Shown: positions 1 to 6,956 of the stretch, one piece after another
How the letters are laid out: the number at the start of each line of letters is the position of its first letter
How positions within the stretch are numbered: position 1 is the first letter of the stretch
Origin: Candidatus Krumholzibacteriia bacterium
GTDB taxonomy: Bacteria > Krumholzibacteriota > Krumholzibacteriia > WVZY01
Assembly: GCA_046754105.1 (NCBI GenBank)
Contig: JBHHVD010000093.1
Coordinates: 1 to 11,686 of the forward strand
Direction of reading: 5' to 3'
Length of the DNA stretch: 11,686 nucleotides
Translations under genes and position numbers: made by a program
The notes under the pieces: model-generated
Database searches by the model: none
The model's input: the letters and a program-made list of their open reading frames with translations, nothing else
What the model was told of the DNA's origin: nothing

Positions 1-45
1 GTTCGCTGACAGGACCCGCATCGGGCCGCGTCCGCGACAGCCGCG

Positions 46-468
46 TCAGGGCTGGCTGGTGGAGTCCGCGTCCTGGGTCTCGAGCAGCGGGTGCATCGCC
101 GAACCATCGGGCGGGTTGTAGAACGGGTCCTCGCGGTACATGTAGTAGCTAACCTTGGCCATGAGCTGATTCAACTCCGGCCGGCTGATGCTGTCCGCCG
201 CGACGTGGCGCTGGAATTCCCGGCTCAGCTCGGCACCGTCGAGGGCCGCAACCTTGCCCTCGCGTACCCGGCTTTCGTAGCGCACGAGAATCCCTTTGAT
301 CTCCTCGACCTGTGCTTCGCTGAGGTCGGCGGGCAGACATTCCACAAAATTACCGAGCAGGCCCTCGAGTGAGTCGCTGCGAGGCCCGGGGTTTTTCGCC
401 AGGAACCACGCGGCGGCCGCAACGGCGAGCGCGGCGAGCAGGATTGCCGATAGGCGCGCCGCTTTCAT
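46..468 (-). CDS. Hypothetical membrane-anchored or exported protein (about 140 aa)
   Basis: Start re-assigned from 504 to the ATG at 468. GGAGG SD lies at 480-476 and the ATG overlaps the TGA of the upstream hydrolase (ATGA, 465-468). The N-terminus MKAARLSAILLAALAVAAAAWFL is a basic n-region plus hydrophobic helix. The remainder looks alpha-helical and no family was recognised. Confidence 0.75.
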   Translation of the reverse strand: MKAARLSAILLAALAVAAAAWFLAKNPGPRSDSLEGLLGNFVECLPADLSEAQVEEIKGILVRYESRVREGKVAALDGAELSREFQRHVAADSISRPELNQLMAKVSYYMYREDPFYNPPDGSAMHPLLETQDADSTSQP

Positions 469-1376
469 AACGATACCTCCGCTTGCAGCCGGTTCTTGAA
501 CCACCCGACCGTTTCGACGACCGCTTGCGCGAGCGCTCCTGGAATCTCATCGGTTTGCGAATACGGGTACGAGATCCCGAACGTGTGACCCGTCTTCAGA
601 ATCAGCAGGCGCTTGTCCTGCACGTTGCTCGCGGCCGCGTGGAGTTCACGCGCTCTTTCGACGGGGACCACCATGTCTGCTTCGCCGTGCACGACGAGCA
701 GGGGCACGCGCAGCGCGCTGGCCCTCAGGGCCACGTGGTAGGCTTCGTGGTTTCGTTCGAGATCGTCGAGGTAATCGAGGCCCACGGCGAGCGGGATGCC
801 GTCCTCCGCGAGGACGAAGTCGTAGACGCCCTTGCGGCGCCATTTCTCCTTTTGCTTCTCCGTGAACGTGTCCGGGTCGGGCGGCGCCGACCACGTGCAG
901 ACGGCGCGCACCTCGCGATGCTCCAGGGCGTTGAGTATCGCGACCACGCCGCCGCGGCTGTGGCCGTGCAGGCCGATCCACGGCGACGGGGCGAGGAACG
1001 CATCCAGCCCCCCGCCGCCAAGATGGCGTATGACGGCCGAGAGATCGGCGATCTCGCGCCGGATCGTATTGCGCGCGAAGAGGTCGGCGCGGGGATACGG
1101 GGAGGCGGCGCTGTCGAGCCCCGCGGCAGCCGCCACGGAGCCCGTTTCGCCGCCGCGGCCGTTGTGTGAGAAATCGATGGCAAGGGCCGCCATGCCCGCG
1201 TCCCGGATCGAGCGCGCGAGATAGGGGAAAAACGCCCATGTACGATAGCCCTTGAACCCGTGGGCGAGAACCACGACGCCCCGCGGGCGGGTGGATGGGG
1301 GGAGGTAGAGGTCGCCCCGAACCGGCGTATTGTCGCCACTGGCGATTTCAACCGTATGGACGGCGTGCTGCACCAT
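465..1376 (-). CDS. Alpha/beta-fold serine hydrolase (esterase/peptidase-like, about 303 aa)
   Basis: Contains the oxyanion-region motif VVLAHGFKG, nucleophile elbow GHSRGG (GxSxG), acid motif HGEAD and His motif TGHTF. Start placed at ATG 1376 (MVQHAVHT) because the extension to 1487 crosses the divergent promoter region and the dusB start. Confidence 0.88.
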   Translation of the reverse strand: MVQHAVHTVEIASGDNTPVRGDLYLPPSTRPRGVVVLAHGFKGYRTWAFFPYLARSIRDAGMAALAIDFSHNGRGGETGSVAAAAGLDSAASPYPRADLFARNTIRREIADLSAVIRHLGGGGLDAFLAPSPWIGLHGHSRGGVVAILNALEHREVRAVCTWSAPPDPDTFTEKQKEKWRRKGVYDFVLAEDGIPLAVGLDYLDDLERNHEAYHVALRASALRVPLLVVHGEADMVVPVERARELHAAASNVQDKRLLILKTGHTFGISYPYSQTDEIPGALAQAVVETVGWFKNRLQAEVSL

Positions 1377-1382
1377 GGGTTT

Positions 1383-1411
1383 ACGATAGAGAATCCGCCC
1401 GCGAAGTGCAA
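1383..1411 (-). promoter_or_regulatory. Candidate sigma70 promoter for the hydrolase
   Basis: Minus strand reads TTGCAC (1411-1406), a 17-nt spacer, then TATCGT (1388-1383). The predicted +1 falls at or near the A of ATG 1376. Confidence 0.55.
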
Positions 1412-1418
1412 GGCCGGC

Positions 1419-1447
1419 TTGCCTGCGCGCCCCGTAGACATTATCAT
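1419..1447 (+). promoter_or_regulatory. Candidate sigma70 promoter for the dusB-larBC run
   Basis: TTGCCT (1419-1424), a 17-nt spacer, then TATCAT (1442-1447). This is the AT-richer patch just before ATG 1457. Confidence 0.55.
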
Positions 1448-1456
1448 CTAGGGACC

Positions 1457-2605
1457 ATGCACTCGAACCGGACTGCAGACGAGGCACCCAAGCCGCCTGC
1501 CGCGACGCGTCATGCGGGCAGCCGCGATTTCATCACCGCCACTACGGCGACACCTCCCGCGAAGCGGCCGGCCAACGGCAATCCACTCGCGGGAATCGAC
1601 GTCATGCTTGCGCCGCTTTGCGGCATCACCGACTCCGTGTTCCGCCGGATCTGCCTCGACCACGGCGCGGATATGGCGGTGACGGAAATGATCAGCTCCG
1701 AGGGGCTGGTGCGCAACAGCCGCCAGGTGCGGGCGGTGCGAGACCTCGACATGGCCGACGGGCCGCTGTCGCTGCAGATTTTCGGTAGCGACGCGGACTC
1801 CATGGGCGAGGCCGCAGCCATCCTCTCGCAGCTCGAGCCGCGGTACCTGGACATGAACTTCGGCTGCCCGGTGCGCAAGATTACGAGCAAGAACGGCGGC
1901 TCGGCCATGCTACGAGACTTGCGGCACCTGGGCCGGGTGTGCGCGCGGGTCGTCGAACAAAGCCGCCGGCCCGTATCGGCCAAGATCCGCTCCGGCTGGG
2001 ACCGGCCGACGGCGGAAAACCTGCGCGACATCGGGAGAACGATCGAGGACGCCGGCGTGTCGATGATTACCGTCCACGCGCGGACCAAGAAGCAGGCCTT
2101 CAAGGGCAAGGCCAACTGGCTTCTCATCAAATCCCTCAAAGAGGCGGTGTCGATCCCGGTCGTGGGCAACGGTGACGTCACCGGGCCCGAATCGTATTTC
2201 GAATTGAAGGCCCAAACCGGATGCGACGCCGTGATGGTAGGGCGCGGCGCGATCGGCAATCCCTGGATCTTCGACGAAATCAAGGCCGCCGTCGATGGGC
2301 GCGAGTACGTGCCGCCGACCCCCCGCGAGCGCGTCGGAGTGCTGCTCGATCACGTGCGGATGAGCGCCGGGCGTCTCGGCGAGCCCACCGGCCTCATCGT
2401 TACCCGCAAGATCATGGCGGCGTATTTGAAACGGCTCCCGAACGCGCGCGAGCTGCGTGGAAAGATCATGAGGATCGAATACCTCGATGAGCTCGAGGCG
2501 ACGCTCGACCGCTACCTCCAGCACCTGGCGGACGCCGATGTACCGGCGGATTCGCCGGCCACCGGGGGCAACTCCGAAGACTCACCCGTGCGGAGCGCCT
2601 GCTGA
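1457..2605 (+). CDS. dusB: tRNA-dihydrouridine synthase (DusB-like, FMN-dependent)
   Basis: Dus motifs LAPLCGITD (cf. LAPMAG), TEMIS, LQIFG, DMNFGCP (catalytic Cys), SAKIRSGWD, TVHAR, VGNGD and VMVGRGAIGNPW. The start is uncertain: ATG 1457 (382 aa, with an A/P/T-rich extension) or ATG 1604. Confidence 0.92.
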   Translation: MHSNRTADEAPKPPAATRHAGSRDFITATTATPPAKRPANGNPLAGIDVMLAPLCGITDSVFRRICLDHGADMAVTEMISSEGLVRNSRQVRAVRDLDMADGPLSLQIFGSDADSMGEAAAILSQLEPRYLDMNFGCPVRKITSKNGGSAMLRDLRHLGRVCARVVEQSRRPVSAKIRSGWDRPTAENLRDIGRTIEDAGVSMITVHARTKKQAFKGKANWLLIKSLKEAVSIPVVGNGDVTGPESYFELKAQTGCDAVMVGRGAIGNPWIFDEIKAAVDGREYVPPTPRERVGVLLDHVRMSAGRLGEPTGLIVTRKIMAAYLKRLPNARELRGKIMRIEYLDELEATLDRYLQHLADADVPADSPATGGNSEDSPVRSAC

Positions 2606-2621
2606 CCGGGACGGGATCATT

Positions 2622-3401
2622 CTGGACGAAGACATTCTCAAGAAGCTTCTTGATGACTTCAAGAACGGCAGGACGGACGAATCAGACGTGCTCGAGCGGC
2701 TGCGGCAGCTTCCGTTCGAAAACCTTGGTTTCGCCAAGGTAGACCACCACCGGCCGCTGCGGACCGGGGTTCCCGAGGTGATCTACGGCAGCGGCAAGTC
2801 GGACGAGCAGGTCCTGTCGATCGCGGAGAAGATCGTGGCGAAGGGCAGCGATTGTCTCGTTACTCGCATCGGAGGCGGGCTCGGGGAGAGATTGCGGCAG
2901 CGTTTCCCGGGCGGAGAATACTCCGAGTCCGCCCGCGCGTTCTCGCTGGAGGTCAAGCGCAAGAATCGATTCGGATACGTCCTGGTGGTGACGGCGGGCA
3001 CGTCGGATATTCCAGCGGCGGAGGAAGCGGCGATTACCGCCTCGCTCTTCGGCTGCCGCGTCGAACGTGTCTATGACGTAGGCGTGGCCGGTGTGCACCG
3101 GGTGCTCGCCCACCGGGAGATGATCGAGACCGCCGACGTCATCGTCGTCGCCGCGGGCATGGAGGGCGCGCTGGCCAGTGTCGTTGCCAGCCTCACGGCG
3201 GCGCCCGTCGTGGCGCTGCCGACCAGCGTCGGGTACGGCGCCAGCTTCGAAGGCCTTTCCGCCCTGCTCGGAATGCTCAACAGCTGCGCCAACGGCGTGA
3301 GCGTCGTGAACATCGACAACGGCTTCGGCGCCGGATCCGTGGCCGCGCTCATATGCGCGCGGGCGCACAGGCTGGCGAAGGACATCGGGGAGCAGTCATG
3401 A
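2622..3401 (+). CDS. larB: Nickel-pincer cofactor biosynthesis protein LarB (PurE-like NaAD carboxylase/hydrolase)
   Basis: Hallmark motifs LGFAKVDHHRPLRTGVPEVIYGSGK, AGTSDIPAAEEA, DVGVAGVHR, AGMEGAL, PTSVGYG and MLNSCANGVSVVNIDNGFGA. The start is uncertain and is placed at CTG 2622, where a typical LarB-like N-terminus (xDEDILKKLL) begins. The in-frame ATGs at 2487 and 2538 lie inside dusB. Confidence 0.93.
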   Translation: MDEDILKKLLDDFKNGRTDESDVLERLRQLPFENLGFAKVDHHRPLRTGVPEVIYGSGKSDEQVLSIAEKIVAKGSDCLVTRIGGGLGERLRQRFPGGEYSESARAFSLEVKRKNRFGYVLVVTAGTSDIPAAEEAAITASLFGCRVERVYDVGVAGVHRVLAHREMIETADVIVVAAGMEGALASVVASLTAAPVVALPTSVGYGASFEGLSALLGMLNSCANGVSVVNIDNGFGAGSVAALICARAHRLAKDIGEQS

Positions 3402-4579
3402 AAAAGGCCCTGTTGTTGGACCCCTTCTCCGGGATCAGCGGCGACATGTTTCTCGCCGCGCTCGTCGATCTCGGCGCGCCGTTCGACGCCGTTCGCGATA
3501 CTCTGCGAGCGATTCCGGAGCTCTCGGAGGTATCCGTCGAAAAGGAAGCCGTCACGCGCGGCGCCATCCAGGCGACACGCATCAATGTGTCATGCCCGCC
3601 CGAACGTACGCACCGATCGCTCGCCGACATCGAGCGTATCATCGACGGCGCCGACCTGGATCCAGCGGTGAAGCGGGGGGCCGTCCGGACCTTCACCACG
3701 CTCGCACGCGCCGAGGCCAAAGTGCACGGCGTCGATATCGAACAGGTGCACTTTCACGAAGTGGGCGCCCTCGACGCCATCGTCGACATCGTAGGTGCGC
3801 ACGTAACCCTGCACTTGCTGGGTACGCCTTCGTGTCTCACGACACCGCTTGCGCTGGGCGCGGGCTCCACGTCGAGCGAGCACGGCGAAATACCGCTGCC
3901 CGCTCCGGCGACGGTGGAGCTTCTTGCCGGGTATCCCGCTGCGTTCAGTGGGCGGGCTGGAGAGCTGGTGACGCCGACCGGCGCCGCGATCGTCGCCTCG
4001 ACGTGCGAGGCGCTGGACCCGCACACGGTGGTGACGCCGGAGCGCACCGGGTACGGCGCGGGGAGTCGAGAAGCGGATGGTGTGCCGAACGTCCTCAGGG
4101 CGATTCTGGGCACGGTGGAGGATCGACCCCGAAGGGTCTGCATCGTGACCAGCACGATCGATGACATGAACCCGGAGATGTACGGGTTTGTCATGGAACG
4201 GCTGTTTGCAAGCGGCGCCCTCGAGGTCTACTACAATCCGATCATGATGAAGAAAAACCGGCCGGGCGTAGAAGTGACGTTGATCAGCGAAGAGGAAGAT
4301 CTGCCGCGGCTGGCCGACGTCCTCTTCTCCACGACGACGACGCTCGGCGTGCGCATTCACCGTGAGGAACGGCTGGAACTCGTCCGCCGCAAGGAGACGG
4401 TGGAGACCGAATTCGGAGCGATCACAGTCAAGGTGGCGGTGCGGCCGGGGGGCGAGCAAACCGTAAGCCCCGAGTACGAATCTTGCAGGAAAGCGGCGGA
4501 GAAAACCGGCGCCGGGCTCATGACCGTATACGAGGCCGCACGGGCGTCGTGGAATCAGGGTGGGTCTGGAGAACGATGA
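3398..4579 (+). CDS. larC: Nickel-pincer cofactor biosynthesis protein LarC (CTP-dependent nickel insertase), single full-length ORF of about 393 aa
   Basis: Motifs DPFSGISGDMFLAAL, VHFHEVGALDAIVD, HGEIPLPAPAT, ELVTPTGAAI, GYGAG, PNVLR, IDDMNPE, MKKNRPG, TTTLGVR and PEYESC. ATG 3398 overlaps the larB stop (ATGA), with GGGGAG at 3387-3392. Confidence 0.95.
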   Translation: MKKALLLDPFSGISGDMFLAALVDLGAPFDAVRDTLRAIPELSEVSVEKEAVTRGAIQATRINVSCPPERTHRSLADIERIIDGADLDPAVKRGAVRTFTTLARAEAKVHGVDIEQVHFHEVGALDAIVDIVGAHVTLHLLGTPSCLTTPLALGAGSTSSEHGEIPLPAPATVELLAGYPAAFSGRAGELVTPTGAAIVASTCEALDPHTVVTPERTGYGAGSREADGVPNVLRAILGTVEDRPRRVCIVTSTIDDMNPEMYGFVMERLFASGALEVYYNPIMMKKNRPGVEVTLISEEEDLPRLADVLFSTTTTLGVRIHREERLELVRRKETVETEFGAITVKVAVRPGGEQTVSPEYESCRKAAEKTGAGLMTVYEAARASWNQGGSGER

Positions 4580-5373
4580 TGAGATACCAACGGCAGGATT
4601 CGAAACGACGAGCCCACTGCCGCCGGAGCGTTTTTGCGGCGGTGATGATCTGCGCCGCGATCCCGGCCGCGATTGCCCTGTCGGGGTGCGCGGGCCGCTT
4701 CGGCGGCGGCCCGGCGTCTGCGGATGACAAGGTGTACCTGCACAAGGTGGAAGAAGGGGAGACGCTCGAAGACATTGCCGAAGACTACTACGGCACCCGC
4801 AAGCGCGCCCGCCTGATACGGGACTTCAACGACGTGAAAGATGGGGACCTTGCCCCCGGGACGGTCTTGCGTGTCCCCATGAACCGCTCGGACGTGGAAC
4901 GTTTGAAGACGCGGGAGCAGGCGCGGGGGCCGTACAACCAGGGACTCGTGCTGGCGGAGCAGGGCGCGTTCGTCGATGCCGTGAACCGTTTTCAAGAGTC
5001 GCTCGCGATCGATCCGGCGTTCGTGGACGCGAACTACAATCTCGGCGTCACCTATCAAAAAATGAAATCGTACGAGCGCGCTCTGGAACAGTTCCAGATC
5101 GTGGTTCGTAAACGCCCTGCACGGGTCGCTTACCATTTCGCGCTGGGTAACTGTTACTTTCACCTGGAGCGTTACGCGGACGCCGCCGGTTCATTCAAGG
5201 CCGTGGTAGCGCGGGATGGCTCGCACAAAAAGGGGCAATACAGCCTCGCGATGTCCCTCGAAAAGCTCGGCGAGCGCGACAAGGCAATCGCCGCCTGGCA
5301 GCGGTATCTCCAGCTGGACAGCAGGAGTGCGTGGGCCGCGGAGGCGCGCAAGCGGCTCGGCCGTCTGAAATAG
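4576..5373 (+). CDS. Lipoprotein with an N-terminal LysM domain and C-terminal TPR repeats (about 265 aa)
   Basis: ATG 4576 overlaps the larC stop (ATGA); ATG 4579 is an alternative start. Lipobox LSG-C (Cys codon 4687-4689). LysM pattern HKVEEGETLEDIAEDYYG...IRDFN...DLAPGTVLRVP. About 4 TPRs (YNQGLVL, ANYNLGVTY, YHFALGNCY, QYSLAMSL). Confidence 0.85.
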   Translation: MMRYQRQDSKRRAHCRRSVFAAVMICAAIPAAIALSGCAGRFGGGPASADDKVYLHKVEEGETLEDIAEDYYGTRKRARLIRDFNDVKDGDLAPGTVLRVPMNRSDVERLKTREQARGPYNQGLVLAEQGAFVDAVNRFQESLAIDPAFVDANYNLGVTYQKMKSYERALEQFQIVVRKRPARVAYHFALGNCYFHLERYADAAGSFKAVVARDGSHKKGQYSLAMSLEKLGERDKAIAAWQRYLQLDSRSAWAAEARKRLGRLK

Positions 5374-5400
5374 CGAGTGTGCCCGCCGCGCGAGCCCCGA

Positions 5401-6783
5401 ATGATTCACTTGCACGAGATCAGCGTTTCACTGCCCCCCGGAAAAGATTCTGCAGCGACCATCCTCAAGAGCGTTTCCCTGCACGTACATGAGGGAGACT
5501 GGATAGCCCTGGTGGGACCCAACGGGTGCGGCAAGACGACGGTGCTGAAGGCCGCCGCCGGTCTCTTGCCCCTCGACGGCGGGACGATCGAGCGCCACGC
5601 CCGTGCGAACGATCGGCCCGTGACCGGCGCGCAGCCGAAGGTCGGGCTGCTGTTGCAGGAGCCCGACAACCAGTTCGTGGCAAGCTCGGTGCGAAACGAG
5701 CTTCTTTTGAGCGTTGCGCCGGAAGTCGACGACGCGGGCGCCTGCGCGCGGCTCGACGACGCCTCCGAGCGCTTTTTGCTCGGCGGTCTTCTCGAGCGCA
5801 ATCCACACTGCCTCTCCGGAGGAGAAAAGCAACGGCTGGCCCTGGCCACCGTGTGGCTGGCGGAACCCGACGTACTTCTGCTCGATGAACCCACCTCTTA
5901 TCTCGACCGGGCCGGGCGCGAACGCTGCCTTCGGTTCGTCCAGGAGTTGAACCGTTCCGGAATCGCCGTCGTATGGGCCACCCCCGGGGACGATGGCGTC
6001 GAATCGTCGTCGCGCGTGGTCTACATGGACTCGGGCGAAGTGAAGTTCGAGGGGAGCGTCGGAGATTTTCACGCGGAGGTCGAGAGGGGCGCGCTGTCAT
6101 GCGAGATGCCGCCTGGTGCGCGCACGAGCGGACCGTCTCCCGGGGAGCGAGCGCCGGTGTTGGGGCGGGCGGCACTTTCGCTCCGGAACGTGTCCTTTGA
6201 TTACGGACGGGAGCCTGTATTGAAAGACGTCTCTCTCGACGTATACCCCGGTGAATGTGTCGGGATCACCGGCGACAACGGGTCGGGCAAGTCGACCCTG
6301 CTCTCGCTCATGAGCGGTGTCTTGAAACCGGTTGCCGGCAAGGTCGAGCGCGCCAGCCCGCGCGAGCGGGGAAGGCAGGACGTCTTTCACCTCTTTCAGA
6401 GCCCAGAGCGTCTCTTTTTTGCAGAGACGGTGTTTGAGGAAGTGGCGTTCGGATTGCGCTCGCTGGGGGTCGCCGGGAAGGACGCCTCGGCGCGGGTCCG
6501 CGAGGCGCTATCGCGAGTCGGCCTCGAGCCGGAGGCGTTCGCCGACCGGCTGCCGTTCAGCCTGAGCTTCGGAGAGATGCGGCGTCTGGCGTTCGCCATT
6601 GCATCCGCCCTGGGTGCGCACGTATTGATCCTGGACGAACCAGCCTCGTGCCTCGATGCCGCCGGCCGGCGCGTTCTCGGCCAGCTCGTCGAACACGCCC
6701 TCGAAAACCGTTGCGCCGTCGTCATCGCCTCTCACGAACCGGGCACCCTGTCGTCGGTCGCGACGCGCTGCATCGAACTGTAG
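5401..6783 (+). CDS. Fused tandem ABC ATPase of ECF type (EcfA-EcfA' / CbiO-like, about 460 aa)
   Basis: NBD1 has Walker A GPNGCGKT, ECF-type Q-loop LQEPDNQF..SVRNEL, signature LSGGEKQR and Walker B LLLDEPT. NBD2 has GDNGSGKS, FQSPERLFFAETVFEEVAFG, LSFGEMRR, LILDEP and ASHE. GTG 5377 is an alternative start. Confidence 0.88.
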   Translation: MIHLHEISVSLPPGKDSAATILKSVSLHVHEGDWIALVGPNGCGKTTVLKAAAGLLPLDGGTIERHARANDRPVTGAQPKVGLLLQEPDNQFVASSVRNELLLSVAPEVDDAGACARLDDASERFLLGGLLERNPHCLSGGEKQRLALATVWLAEPDVLLLDEPTSYLDRAGRERCLRFVQELNRSGIAVVWATPGDDGVESSSRVVYMDSGEVKFEGSVGDFHAEVERGALSCEMPPGARTSGPSPGERAPVLGRAALSLRNVSFDYGREPVLKDVSLDVYPGECVGITGDNGSGKSTLLSLMSGVLKPVAGKVERASPRERGRQDVFHLFQSPERLFFAETVFEEVAFGLRSLGVAGKDASARVREALSRVGLEPEAFADRLPFSLSFGEMRRLAFAIASALGAHVLILDEPASCLDAAGRRVLGQLVEHALENRCAVVIASHEPGTLSSVATRCIEL

Positions 6784-6814
6784 GAGACGGCGAAGGCGGC
6801 CGGTGGCATTTCAG

Positions 6815-6844
6815 TTGAGCCGGGCCGCTCGCGTGCCCTATAGT
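6815..6844 (+). promoter_or_regulatory. Candidate sigma70 promoter for the EamA gene
   Basis: TTGAGC (6815-6820), an 18-nt spacer, then TATAGT (6839-6844), within the 173-nt gap after the ATPase stop. Confidence 0.5.
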
Positions 6845-6956
6845 ATGCGCGGAGGCCACTGCGGCTGCTCATCGGAGAGGCGAGCTACGACACCGGCAGC
6901 GGAAAGACCTGGCGCGTCGAAGTCGAATAACCCAGGTCCACCGCGGAGGAAGCGGA

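Noticed and set aside
1295..1456. ORF-track 5' extensions of dusB (from 1295) and of the hydrolase (to 1487)
   Set aside because: They overlap each other and the divergent promoter elements, and they encode no family-like sequence.
3398..4579. Programmed frameshift in larC
   Set aside because: Both the N- and C-terminal LarC motif sets lie in one continuous frame.
6804..6820. sigma54-like TGGCAT upstream of EamA
   Set aside because: The -12 position reads TTGA rather than TTGC. The sigma70-like reading fits better.
6866..6940. Resemblance to SAM-I (CTCATC..GAG), glycine (GGAGAG..CACCG) or guanidine-I riboswitches in the EamA leader
   Set aside because: Only short fragments match. The required partner elements (closing GATGAG, CCGAAG/CTCAGG, GGGTTCCG) are absent.
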